In this document: positions 18,256 to 27,929 of the stretch, in pieces | How positions within the stretch are numbered: the stretch's first letter is position 1 | Layout: the number at the start of each line of letters is the position of its first letter | Program-made: the position numbers and the translations under genes | Origin: Bacteroidota bacterium | Lineage (GTDB): Bacteria; Bacteroidota; Ignavibacteria; UBA10030; UBA6906 | Reading direction: 5' to 3' | DNA: 45,079 nt | Assembly (NCBI GenBank): GCA_020846365.1 | Contig: JADLEA010000019.1 | Coordinates: 1 to 45,079 of the forward strand | The notes under the pieces: generated by a model | Database searches by the model: none | Seen by the model: only the letters and a program-made list of their open reading frames with translations | Told to the model about the DNA's origin: nothing

Positions 18256-18284
18256 AAGATACAATTTGGAAGCCCGGTTGTCAA
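18256..18284 (-). promoter_or_regulatory. Sigma70-like promoter candidate upstream of the NYN gene
   Basis: The minus strand reads TTGACA (18284-18279), a 17-nt spacer, then TATCTT (18261-18256). Confidence 0.3.
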
Positions 18285-18299
18285 GCGCCGGATCGCCGG

Positions 18300-19646
18300 C
18301 TACCTCCCCGTCAACTGGAGATACGCGATCCGCATGACTGCATACTGCGCCTTTGCGGCCACGAGATGATCGCGAGCGGTTTGAAGCATGGCCTGTGCCT
18401 CCAGCAGGTCAGCCACCGCGATCAGGCCATTCCGGTAGCTTTCCCTGTTCACGGCGGCATTCTCTTCTGCCTGCGCTTTCGACTGTTCGCACAGGAATAC
18501 CTGCCTGTGGGCTTCCGTGACGTCCTGCCAGGCCTTCTCCATCTGAAGGAGTAGTTGTTCACGGCTGTCCATGAGCTTGTTTGCCGTGATCTCCTCTTCC
18601 ACGCTGCGCTCGCTCAGCACGTGAAAGGCCTCCCACCATCCCGAGAGCGGGACAGAGACAGTGCCGAACACCATGCCGACGGTTTTGTCTTTTGCGTTAT
18701 CCATCTTCATATACAGACCGCTCACGCCCACCCCCACCTGGGGGAGATACTCTCCGAGTTTCATTTTTGTCTGAAGTTCCTCTGCTCGCACGGCGGCTTG
18801 CAGGAGGCGGTACTCTGCCCGACTCTCGATCGCCAGGGAATGATCCACAACGTACGATTGCGGCGTGTCCGTGATCTCCAGCGAATCCGCGAAGACAAGC
18901 GCGGAGTCGTAGGGAATCCCCATGTGCTGACAGAACGACATTTCCGCAATCCGGATGCCATTCTCCACCGCCGATGTGTTGAGTTGAACTTCACTCTTCT
19001 TCAGGCGCACCTTCAGCACATCGTTTCGCATCACCACTCCGGAGTTGTAGGCATCTTCCACCTGCCGGAGGAGTTCGTCAAGCATCTCTTCGTACGCACG
19101 CACTGTTTTTGCCTTCTCACGCAAAGAGACGATCTGCCAGTATTGCTGGTGCGTAGAAAGGATGACATCGTTCCTGGACAACCGCTCCTTATATTCGCTC
19201 ACTTCTTCTCCCAGCGCGGCCAGTTTGTTTCCGTTCCAGATCCTGCCGCCGGCAAAGAGTGGCTGCACGGCGGTGAGCGTTCCGATCGTGCCGGTTTTCA
19301 GCATACCTGTCACGCTGCTCGGAAAATATGCAAACTGGGTGGGGGTGAGCAGGTTTACGGGATCGCCGTCGTAGACGGGAAGATTCCCTCCCCCGGTGGA
19401 GACCTCCAGCAGCTCTTTCTGCGCCCGGAACATCGATCCACCGGCAGAGATGGAGGGAAAGAAAGAGGTGAACGCGGCCGCCCGTACCTGCCGCGCGGCT
19501 TCCGTTTCCAGGGTGCTGTTCTTGATTCTCACATTGTTGTGGAGGGCCAGGCGCGTGCTTTCCTCAAGCGTGAGGATCCGCTGCGCCGACACGGGACGGA
19601 GAGCCGCTGATACGACAAGCAGTGCGATAACGGTCAGAGGTTTCAT
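18300..19646 (-). CDS. TolC-family outer membrane efflux protein
   Basis: I set the start at ATG 19646, which gives MKPLTVIALLVVSAALRPVSAQ (a signal peptide) and overlaps the RND gene stop as ATGA. The sequence is of the outer-membrane-factor (OMF) type. Confidence 0.85.
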   Translation of the reverse strand: MKPLTVIALLVVSAALRPVSAQRILTLEESTRLALHNNVRIKNSTLETEAARQVRAAAFTSFFPSISAGGSMFRAQKELLEVSTGGGNLPVYDGDPVNLLTPTQFAYFPSSVTGMLKTGTIGTLTAVQPLFAGGRIWNGNKLAALGEEVSEYKERLSRNDVILSTHQQYWQIVSLREKAKTVRAYEEMLDELLRQVEDAYNSGVVMRNDVLKVRLKKSEVQLNTSAVENGIRIAEMSFCQHMGIPYDSALVFADSLEITDTPQSYVVDHSLAIESRAEYRLLQAAVRAEELQTKMKLGEYLPQVGVGVSGLYMKMDNAKDKTVGMVFGTVSVPLSGWWEAFHVLSERSVEEEITANKLMDSREQLLLQMEKAWQDVTEAHRQVFLCEQSKAQAEENAAVNRESYRNGLIAVADLLEAQAMLQTARDHLVAAKAQYAVMRIAYLQLTGR

Positions 19647-22600
19647 GCTTCTTCGCTCGATGCGACGTGGACGGTCTCGTTGCGGTGAAAGAGATAATAG
19701 AAGACGGGAAGTTCTACCAGGGAGAGGATCAACGCGAACAGCAAGCCGAAACACACCACGGCACCCAGAGGCCCCCAGAGCGACGACCCGCTGGCGATCA
19801 TGGGTACCACGCCCACTGCGGCCGCTGCAGACGTAAGGAAAATCGGACGCATTCTCCGTTTCCCTGCAGCGATGGCAGCCTGCTCGGCCGTGTATCCCTG
19901 GCCCCGGCGCAGTTGCTCTGCATAAGAGACGAAAATGATCCCGTTCCGCACGACGATCCCGAACAGGCCTATCAAACCGATGAATGACGTCACTCCGAAC
20001 GGATATCCCGTGACGAAGACGCCGAACGCGGCACCGAACACGGTCAGCGGGAGGGTGACCATGATCAGGAGCGACGTGCCGACTTTCTTGAACTGAAACA
20101 TCAGGATGAGAAAGATTACGCTGATGCTCGCTGCCAGCGAGAAGTAGAAGGGGGTCAGGTAGTCGCGGCTGTCTTCGTAGTCGCCGCCATAACTGACGGT
20201 CACCCCTTCCGGCACCTTCAGCGCCTCGATCATCGGTCTGACCGTGTTAAAGACCGTGGAAGAATAGAGACCCCGGTCCACCTCTGCACGGACTGTAACC
20301 GTCCGTACTCCGTTCCGCCGCGCGATCTCCCCCTCCGTCCACCCCGGCTGCAAAGTGGCCACCTGACGAACCGGTACGGAAGAAACGCCGAGCGGCGTCG
20401 TGACGTGTTGATCCAGGATGTCTTGTGCTTTCGTCTTCTCTTTGCTGTTCACCATCAACCGGACATCCACGGGGTAGTCCCCTTCCCAGATCCTCGCAAC
20501 CGGGAACCCCTTCGTGCCCACCATCAGCGAGTAGGCAAGATAGGTATTCGAGAGGCCGAGCCGGGAGGCCTCATCGTGCCGGACAACAAGATCGGCGCTT
20601 TGCAGCGGCTGCGCGTAATCGGTGCGGATGAAGTCCGTCCCTTCCACGTTGCGGAGGATGTCGGCAACCTGCGACGCCACATGCTTGATGGTGTGTATAC
20701 TGTCGCCCGCAACCCGGATCTCGATGGGTGACGGCGCGACCGCCATGAACAATTGCCGCCATTTCAGATCGGCGTTCGGATAACGGTTCTTCATCTCCCT
20801 GCTGTACCGGCCGAGCACCTCCGGCGTTGCGTCATTCGACTCCGTCACCACGATCATTTGCCCGTAGTTCTTGGAAGGAAAACTCGGCCCGTACAGCGTG
20901 TGGAACCGAGGGGAGCTTGTCCCGACGAACGACGCCACGATGTCGACCTGCGGATCACTCCGTAGCACCATCTCGAGGTCGCTCATCACCGCGTCCGTCT
21001 GCTCCAGCGAACTCCCCTGGGGGAGGTAGATCTCCACGGCGAACTGGTTCCGCTCGATCTTGGGGAAGGATTGCTGTGGCGTCAGGGCAAGAATGATCAG
21101 TCCAACGAGAAACGAGCAGATCCCGATAACGACGACCAGGCGCTTCCGTTTGAATGCAGCATCCAGGAGACGGTCGTACAGCCGCTGTATGCTCTCCAGC
21201 CGACCGGCCTTCCCCCTCGCGGCCTCATCATCCCTGATGCCGGTCTTGATGTGTGCATAGTTGAGCAGGGGTATCAGGGTCACCGACAGCACCAGCGAGA
21301 CAAGGAGCGCATAGCTAATCGCCAGGGGCAGTGATCGGACAAAGTCTCCTCCGGCCCCTTTCAGGAAGTAGGGCATCGGAAGGAAGCATGCGATGATGAT
21401 GAGCGTGGCGGAGAGTACCGAACTGAACAATTCGGTCACACTGTGCGAGCCGGCGTCGTGAGGCGACATGCCGTGGTCCACCTTTTCCACATAGTTGTCG
21501 ATGATCACGATGGCGTCGTCCACGGTGATCCCCAAAACGATGATCAGTCCCGCCAGAGAGACCGTCTGCAGGTCCATTCCACTCACCCACATGAGACCGA
21601 TGGCGGTGAGGATCGATGCGGGAATTGAAACGGCCGCGATCCGCGCAATTCTTCCCGGAAGCAAGATGATGGTGACCAGAATGACCGCACAAATCGCGAT
21701 GAGGAATTCCTTGAGGAAATTCGCGATCGCCCTGGAGACAGCACCCGGGATATCCGAGATGGTAACCACGGAAACGTCCGGGGGGAGGGTTTCCTTGAAT
21801 CTCTGAATTGCCTCACCCACATCTGTGCCGAATTGCACGACGTTGTTGCCGGGGACCATTTCCAAGGCGATGATCAGGCACTTCTGGCCGTTCACTCTGA
21901 TGTGGGAGTCCGGCTCGGCGTATTCGCGGACGATCCTGGCGACATCCTTCACCCGCAGGACGATGCCGCGGGGATCCGCGTAGATGATCTGGTTGGCAAT
22001 GTCCTGCTCCGTCTGGAAACGCACCGGGATGTGGATCGGACGCTCGAGAATGCCGTTGTCGATATCCCCCGCGTAGTCCACGACGGTCTGCGGTTTGAGC
22101 GCTGCCATCACCTGTATGGGCTTGATGCCGTACTGCGCGAGCTTCGCGTCATCGATGTACACACCGATCTGCTCGCGTTGCATACCGTAACGCTTTACGC
22201 GCGAGACAGACGGCACCTTGCGCACGTCATCTTCCAGGGTCCTGATATACTGTTCGAGCTGTTTGTACGTCTTTCCCTCGGACTGGACGGCGAAAAGCAG
22301 GGCCGAGGTGTTGCCGTAGTCGTTGTCGGCGGTCAGAGAGAGCACCCCGGCAGGAAGCTCCCCTTTCAGCTCGTTAAGACCGTGACGAAGTTTTGCCCAG
22401 AACGCCTCCGGGTCCCGTTCGTTTTCGGCGATCTCTACATAGATCACCATGACGTTTTCCTTCGAGATGGAGTGCGTTCTGGCCCGGTTCACGGATTTGT
22501 ACTGAAACAGGTACTTCTCCACCGGCGCGGTCAGCTGTTCCTCAACCTGGTGCGATGAAGCGCCCGGAAACACGCCCACAATGAGGCCGACCGGTACGTT

Positions 22601-22732
22601 GAACTGCGGCCATTCGTCGCGCGGCATCAGAACGAGTCCGGCAATGCCGAGCAGCGCCGCACTGACGACGAAAATGTAAATCACCTGCTTGTAACGCAGA
22701 AGCAAATCCAGCAGCGTCGGGGGCGTCTTCAT
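19643..22732 (-). CDS. Efflux RND transporter permease (AcrB/HAE-type)
   Basis: 1029 aa with a 12-TM RND architecture. It overlaps the adaptor gene stop as ATGA. Confidence 0.93.
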   Translation of the reverse strand: MKTPPTLLDLLLRYKQVIYIFVVSAALLGIAGLVLMPRDEWPQFNVPVGLIVGVFPGASSHQVEEQLTAPVEKYLFQYKSVNRARTHSISKENVMVIYVEIAENERDPEAFWAKLRHGLNELKGELPAGVLSLTADNDYGNTSALLFAVQSEGKTYKQLEQYIRTLEDDVRKVPSVSRVKRYGMQREQIGVYIDDAKLAQYGIKPIQVMAALKPQTVVDYAGDIDNGILERPIHIPVRFQTEQDIANQIIYADPRGIVLRVKDVARIVREYAEPDSHIRVNGQKCLIIALEMVPGNNVVQFGTDVGEAIQRFKETLPPDVSVVTISDIPGAVSRAIANFLKEFLIAICAVILVTIILLPGRIARIAAVSIPASILTAIGLMWVSGMDLQTVSLAGLIIVLGITVDDAIVIIDNYVEKVDHGMSPHDAGSHSVTELFSSVLSATLIIIACFLPMPYFLKGAGGDFVRSLPLAISYALLVSLVLSVTLIPLLNYAHIKTGIRDDEAARGKAGRLESIQRLYDRLLDAAFKRKRLVVVIGICSFLVGLIILALTPQQSFPKIERNQFAVEIYLPQGSSLEQTDAVMSDLEMVLRSDPQVDIVASFVGTSSPRFHTLYGPSFPSKNYGQMIVVTESNDATPEVLGRYSREMKNRYPNADLKWRQLFMAVAPSPIEIRVAGDSIHTIKHVASQVADILRNVEGTDFIRTDYAQPLQSADLVVRHDEASRLGLSNTYLAYSLMVGTKGFPVARIWEGDYPVDVRLMVNSKEKTKAQDILDQHVTTPLGVSSVPVRQVATLQPGWTEGEIARRNGVRTVTVRAEVDRGLYSSTVFNTVRPMIEALKVPEGVTVSYGGDYEDSRDYLTPFYFSLAASISVIFLILMFQFKKVGTSLLIMVTLPLTVFGAAFGVFVTGYPFGVTSFIGLIGLFGIVVRNGIIFVSYAEQLRRGQGYTAEQAAIAAGKRRMRPIFLTSAAAAVGVVPMIASGSSLWGPLGAVVCFGLLFALILSLVELPVFYYLFHRNETVHVASSEEA

Positions 22733-23802
22733 GGGACAGGCAGCTCCGAAGGACGAACACTGACAATGCGGACGGCGGAACTATCCACAAGCTTGTGTTG
22801 CCCTGCGACGACAACCATCTCTTGCGCCGCCAAGCCATCCATCACCTCGATTCCTCCGTTCACCAGCGAACCCGGCACCACATACCTCCGCACCGCCATG
22901 CCGGCTGCGGTGTCCACGGCGTACACAAAGGATCTCCCGGATTCATCCACCATGATCGCGTGACCCGCGATCACCACGCTTTGCGTCGCCACCGGCCGTT
23001 CGATGCGGACAGCACAGATCATTCCCGGTTTGATCTCGCGCTTGGGATTGGGAATGGCGATCCGTACCGTGTAGGTGTGCGATAGGGGGTCGGCCAGCAC
23101 GCCGATCTCCTCGACGGTTCCCCAGACGCTCATGCCGTTCAGCGCTGAAATCCTGACCACCGCCCGCTGCCCTTTGCGCATCGCGGCGATTTCATTCTCC
23201 GAGACCGACACGCGCGCGTACACCTTCTGGATGTTCACGATCGTAATGGACGCGATGTTCGGCAGCGCACTCATACCGGGCTCGACGGAGCGTCTCCCAA
23301 CGATGCCTGCGACCGGCGTAACCAGGACACAGTCATCCAGGTTCTTCTTCGCGATGGTCGCGGCCGCCCTGGCGCGTTGCAGGTCTGATTCGATTTCCAC
23401 GTACTTGACCTCGGGAAGCGTGCCGTTCTTGTACATCGGCTGCAAGCGCTTGAAGGCATCTTCGGCCTGTCGCCGCGTTGCCTCTGACATGTCGAATGCG
23501 TTCCGATAACTCTCGTCATTGAGGAAAGCCAGAGGTTGCCCCTTCTTTACATAGTCTCCCTCGGAAACCACCACGCGTGAAACGGTCCCCACCACCGCGA
23601 AGCTCAGAGGAACTGACTCGGATTCCTCGATCGTGCCGCTGTAGGCAAATGCACGGCTCCCGTCGGCGATCACGGATTGCTGGGCTTCTACGTTGATGGG
23701 TTCGACAACCCGGTCACTCCTGCCCTGAGTACGGGAGCAACCGGCAATCATGAAAGCCATGCCCGCCGCTAGAAGTGAGGAGAAGAGTGGTGAGGATTTC
23801 AT
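22729..23802 (-). CDS. Efflux RND periplasmic adaptor lipoprotein
   Basis: I set the start at ATG 23802, giving MKSSPLFSSLLAAGMAFMIAGC (lipobox). The body is an HlyD/MFP type. Confidence 0.85.
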   Translation of the reverse strand: MKSSPLFSSLLAAGMAFMIAGCSRTQGRSDRVVEPINVEAQQSVIADGSRAFAYSGTIEESESVPLSFAVVGTVSRVVVSEGDYVKKGQPLAFLNDESYRNAFDMSEATRRQAEDAFKRLQPMYKNGTLPEVKYVEIESDLQRARAAATIAKKNLDDCVLVTPVAGIVGRRSVEPGMSALPNIASITIVNIQKVYARVSVSENEIAAMRKGQRAVVRISALNGMSVWGTVEEIGVLADPLSHTYTVRIAIPNPKREIKPGMICAVRIERPVATQSVVIAGHAIMVDESGRSFVYAVDTAAGMAVRRYVVPGSLVNGGIEVMDGLAAQEMVVVAGQHKLVDSSAVRIVSVRPSELPVP

Positions 23803-23866
23803 TGCCAATGCCTTCAGAGGTTTGGACGAAATTCGTATTTGGGTCGAATCACAGACAAAAAAAACA

Positions 23867-24457
23867 TCAAATGCCATTGGCGATGAGTCGCGCTGCCATG
23901 TCCACATGTTTGCTGTTGTAGTTTTCGAGAAAGAGCTGGAGCTCCATTGCGCGGACCAACTCCAGGACGACCCGGGCAGCTGTGTCCAGTTCATCCCCGT
24001 CCGCAAACGTAAACTCCTTTGTTTCTACCCCGAGCGTGAGGATATCTTTCAGAAACCGAAGCTCCGATTCCTCGAACATAATCCGGACTTTTTCGATGAA
24101 GCGCGGATTTCCTCTGACCTCCCTGCGGACAATGTCGTAAATAGTGGCTGTGTTCTTGATCTCGGTCAGAGAGGCGATGAAGTACTGTTTCAGTTTCTCC
24201 TTTGCAGACGGCACCATTTGCACCGAGGCCTTGGCCCTTGCGAGCAGTGAGCCAATCTCTACTCTGATAAGCGTGTCGAAGATCTCATCTTTGCTCTGAT
24301 AGTAGTAGTAGAGTGAGCTTTTTCCCTTGCCCGCCTCATGTGCAATGTCTTCCATGGTCGTCTTGTGCAGACCCCATTTCTGAAAGGTCCGCCCAGCCGC
24401 CTCCAGAATCGCCCGTCTTGTTTCTTCGTCTCGTTTGATTTCCATCGTTTCGACCAT
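23867..24457 (-). CDS. TetR/AcrR-family transcriptional regulator
   Basis: 196 aa with an N-terminal TetR helix-turn-helix (ILEAAGRTFQKWGLHKTTMEDIAHEAGKGKSSLYYYY). An alternative start is ATG 24445. Confidence 0.9.
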   Translation of the reverse strand: MVETMEIKRDEETRRAILEAAGRTFQKWGLHKTTMEDIAHEAGKGKSSLYYYYQSKDEIFDTLIRVEIGSLLARAKASVQMVPSAKEKLKQYFIASLTEIKNTATIYDIVRREVRGNPRFIEKVRIMFEESELRFLKDILTLGVETKEFTFADGDELDTAARVVLELVRAMELQLFLENYNSKHVDMAARLIANGI

Positions 24458-24476
24458 TTTCGTTCTACGGTCGAAA
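24448..24476. promoter_or_regulatory. Candidate TetR operator palindrome
   Basis: TTTCGACC (24448-24455), a 13-nt spacer, then GGTCGAAA (24469-24476), located at the tetR 5' end. Confidence 0.3.
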
Positions 24477-24580
24477 TGTACATCGGTTTCCGCTGAAAGT
24501 CAAGACCAGTGTCCAAAATGCGTCAGAATTCGTGATCCAGGGCACACTTCGAGCTCTTCGGTCCTAGCAATTCCGGGTTC

Positions 24581-25180
24581 CTACCCGGCATGGAGTGCGT
24601 GCGAGGCGAACAGACCCACAACCAGGATGACCAGCCCGATCGCCGCCAGCGCCTCTCGACTCGGGAAGTACTTCCTCATGTTCCGAAGATAGTGTGAGAG
24701 AGCCTTCCAGTTGAACGTGACGTGCATGATGGCGAAGAGGACAAACAACGTGGCCGCCGAGTTGTGGACTGCCATCCAGAAGTGCCGCTCGGTGGTAAGC
24801 CCGGAGAATTGCAGATCATGATTCAGGGTGCCCGAAACTGGCAGGATCAGTCCGGAGACCACCATGGCCACAGAGGTGAATGCCCTCTTGTTGAATATTC
24901 GTTTCACAACCTTTGGTTCCGTTGTTCTTGGTTCGATCGTAGTCATGGGGGTGTTCCCTTCAATTGAGGTCACAGCTTCAAAGGCACACACCTCTGCGCA
25001 CTTCAGGCAGCCTGTGCAGCGATTAGGATCTTCAATCCGGGCGTGCCTGTGTCCCAGCACATCAACCTTCTCTAAAACATTCTGGGGGCAAACCCTGACA
25101 CACCGCCAGCACGCCTTGCACGATCCGGTCTGAAGCCGGATGAACGCGGTTCTTGGCGGTCGTAAAAAGGAGAAGATCAT
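24581..25180 (-). CDS. 2x[4Fe-4S] ferredoxin domain fused to a DUF4405-like His-containing membrane domain
   Basis: I set the start at ATG 25180, which has GGAGG upstream. The upstream part of the track ORF overlaps the crp gene. Cluster motifs are CKACWRCVRVCP and CTGCLKCAEVC, followed by 3-4 TM helices with conserved His (HDLQF, RHFWMAVHNS, IMHVTFNW). Confidence 0.7.
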   Translation of the reverse strand: MIFSFLRPPRTAFIRLQTGSCKACWRCVRVCPQNVLEKVDVLGHRHARIEDPNRCTGCLKCAEVCAFEAVTSIEGNTPMTTIEPRTTEPKVVKRIFNKRAFTSVAMVVSGLILPVSGTLNHDLQFSGLTTERHFWMAVHNSAATLFVLFAIMHVTFNWKALSHYLRNMRKYFPSREALAAIGLVILVVGLFASHALHAG

Positions 25181-25358
25181 GTGTGCGCCTCCGTGTGTCT
25201 GCGATGTGCGGCTACACAAGCATACGGACGGCGTCCGCCAATCGACGTTATCCATTGTTAAGAAATTCACCGCGCACTGCATGGGGATGTTCGCGCACCG
25301 GACCAGAGAGACACCCGCTGGAGCCACGACACAACAAGATCGTAGTCGCCAGAAAGCG

Positions 25359-26027
25359 CTACGTACTGCGGCTCCGGATTCTCTTGCGGATGCGGCTGAG
25401 TGAGACGGGGGTAATACCGAGATAGGATGCGACGTAGTGCTGCGGGACCCGCTCAATGATTCTTGGATCGCTCTTCATCAACGCGAGGTACCGCTGGCGC
25501 GGGGTCAGTGTAAGATAGGACGCAAAGAGCCGCGCGTATGCTTCAAATCTCCGGAACAGCAATTCAAGTAACATGTCCTTCATATCCGGAAAGTCGCGCA
25601 GGAGCGCCTCAAAGCCCCGTTTCTGCAAAACCACAACGATCGATGGTTCAACGCTCAGGATACTGATCTGGCTGGGTCGTCCTGACCTGAAGCTCTCGAT
25701 GGATGCCACAACATCATTCTCGAAGAAGAACTGAGTCGTAATGGCTTTGCCATTTCGATCGATGGCCGTGCGGAGACAACCCTTTTCCACGGAGAACACC
25801 TTGCTGGGGATCTCGCCTTCACGCAGAAGCACTGCCTTCGCCGGGAACTCTATCCTGCGGAAAAATTCCCGATAGTCCTCCCATCGCGCTTCCAATCCGG
25901 GAATGCCGCCGAAGATGTTGGGCGGGTCGACGACGCGCAATGCGCGGAGGGATTGTCTGGAGTGTTTCAATGCCGGCTCAGTCGCTCTGCCATAAGGTAC
26001 GCTACGGAAGCGACTTACGCAACGCAT
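25359..26027 (-). CDS. Crp/Fnr-family transcriptional regulator
   Basis: 222 aa. A cNMP-binding-like beta-roll (LLREGEIPSKVFSVEKGCLRTAI) is followed by a C-terminal helix-turn-helix (VPQHYVASYLGITPVSLSRIRKR). Confidence 0.8.
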   Translation of the reverse strand: MRCVSRFRSVPYGRATEPALKHSRQSLRALRVVDPPNIFGGIPGLEARWEDYREFFRRIEFPAKAVLLREGEIPSKVFSVEKGCLRTAIDRNGKAITTQFFFENDVVASIESFRSGRPSQISILSVEPSIVVVLQKRGFEALLRDFPDMKDMLLELLFRRFEAYARLFASYLTLTPRQRYLALMKSDPRIIERVPQHYVASYLGITPVSLSRIRKRIRSRST

Positions 26028-26185
26028 AGGTCAGCCCCGCGTGCCGCCGGGAGAACGGGAAATCGGGTGTGTATCGACCCGGATGCGCACAAGCCACGTC
26101 TGCGCGTAACCCGGCATCCGGCTACGCGCAGGCATGGCATGATCGACAGCTTGCGACTCTTGGCGGCGGGTGTGGTGAATCCAGC

Positions 26186-26545
26186 CTACCGTGCAACGAA
26201 TGTCTTGAATCCCCCGTAGAGCATCCGTTTCATGTCGAAGGGCATGTTCTTCTCGTCCATGAACTTCTTTATTTGCGGGTCATTCATGACCTTCTTGTTC
26301 ACCTGGTCGCGATGGGCGCGGGATTTGAATTCGATGCAGGACAACACCACCACCTCGCCTCTTTTGAGCTTGACGCTCCGTGGAAACGACACGCTGCCCT
26401 TTGCGCTCACGTCGTCCGACACCGACTCCCAGTAGTTTACCGCCCCATGCTTTCGCCACAGCCTGGCCCCGAGCTTCGCCATCGCCGTGTATGCCTTGAA
26501 TTTCTTCTTTGGTATCGCCAACACGAAGCCGTCAACGTAGCGCAT
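26186..26545 (-). CDS. DUF1428-family protein
   Basis: I set the start at ATG 26545 (GGGAGG upstream). MRYVDGFVLAIPKKKFKAYTAMA...MLYGGFKTFV is characteristic of DUF1428. Confidence 0.78.
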   Translation of the reverse strand: MRYVDGFVLAIPKKKFKAYTAMAKLGARLWRKHGAVNYWESVSDDVSAKGSVSFPRSVKLKRGEVVVLSCIEFKSRAHRDQVNKKVMNDPQIKKFMDEKNMPFDMKRMLYGGFKTFVAR

Positions 26546-26741
26546 GGATCCTCCCGGATGGATTGGTGTTATGGTGCTCTCTTCGCCCCCTTCATTCCAT
26601 AACACCCTTGTCACGAGGAAGGGTTCCGGTATCAGCCGAAAACCGAGCATGAGATCGCGGCGATACCAAAACGAGGGTCATACTGCCCGGTCAGGTCCTG
26701 CACATTCGGAAGACAGGCCCGGCGGTCCGGCGGGAATGAAC

Positions 26742-27929
26742 CTAGTGATCCTGGGCCAGACTCTCCCCGAGATATGGATCCTTGACGGGGAAGATCTTGT
26801 GCTTGCCGAGTGATGTGAAGGTCAGAAGGAAGAACCCGCAGATCCCTGCAGTCATCGGGGCGAGTTCCCACAGGGAGACCGTCGGACCATCCTTCATGAA
26901 CGGAGGGAGGATCATCCAGAACAAGTCGATCCAGTGTCCGAGCATGACGATCATGCAGACACGGAGCAGAAGGCCTTCGCTGCGCTTGGCCCAGGCAGGC
27001 ATGAGCACAACGAATGGGATCAACCAGTTGAAGAGGACGTTCACAATGGTCAGGGTCAGCCATCCCCCTCCTGACCGCATTGTGTAGAAACGCACCTCCT
27101 CGGGAATATTGGCATACCAAATCAGGATGTACTGGCTGAACCAAATGTACATCCAGAATGTGCTGAAGGCAAAGATGAGCTTCCCGAGGTCGTGAAGGTG
27201 CGCTTCGGTCACCGCGGTCCCAAAGTACCCCCGTCTGCGCAGGAGAATAACGACCACGGTGATTGTCGCGAGGGCGTTCAGAAAGAGCCCGCTGAAATTG
27301 TAGACGCCGAAAATGGTGCTGTACCAGTGGGGCTGGAGGGACATGATCCAGTCCATGCTCGCAAGCGTAAACGTAAAGGCAAACACCACAATGAATGATG
27401 CGGAGACCCTGCGGTTCCTGAGGGTGTGGTCGATGCTGCCGTCGAGATCCTGGGCGCGCGAGTACCGGAGGATCAATGAGGAGAGCGCAATCCAAAGGCC
27501 GATGTAGGCCACGGTCCTGATGACGAAAAAGGGTGCATTCAGCCATCCGGCCTTTGCCTGCAAGACGTGGCTGTGCTCCACCGCCGATGGATGGCTCCAC
27601 TCATAAAGCGACGGGATGCCGAACAAGATCAGGATCATCACCACACCCGAGACGGGCAGTGCGAGCGTCATGGCTTCTGGCACCCTGCGTATGACGGTCG
27701 CCCATCCCGCATGAGAGACATACTGCAATGCCACGAACAGCACCCCGCCGAGGGCGAGGCTCATCAGATAGGTGTTGGCGAGGAGAAGATTGGGCCAGGT
27801 GCGATCGGGGGAAAGCACTATCCCCGCGCACGTTGCAACCACCCCGGCGCCCGTGACGGCGAGAAGAGACTGGCGGAATGGCGCGGTCATCCGGAACGAC
27901 CTGTGCGATAGCATGAGCGCGTTCCTCAT
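26742..27929 (-). CDS. actF: Alternative Complex III subunit ActF (second NrfD-like quinol-interacting membrane subunit)
   Basis: Polytopic membrane protein. I set the start at ATG 27929, which overlaps the actE stop as ATGA. It occupies the last position of the actABCDEF order. Confidence 0.82.
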   Translation of the reverse strand: MRNALMLSHRSFRMTAPFRQSLLAVTGAGVVATCAGIVLSPDRTWPNLLLANTYLMSLALGGVLFVALQYVSHAGWATVIRRVPEAMTLALPVSGVVMILILFGIPSLYEWSHPSAVEHSHVLQAKAGWLNAPFFVIRTVAYIGLWIALSSLILRYSRAQDLDGSIDHTLRNRRVSASFIVVFAFTFTLASMDWIMSLQPHWYSTIFGVYNFSGLFLNALATITVVVILLRRRGYFGTAVTEAHLHDLGKLIFAFSTFWMYIWFSQYILIWYANIPEEVRFYTMRSGGGWLTLTIVNVLFNWLIPFVVLMPAWAKRSEGLLLRVCMIVMLGHWIDLFWMILPPFMKDGPTVSLWELAPMTAGICGFFLLTFTSLGKHKIFPVKDPYLGESLAQDH

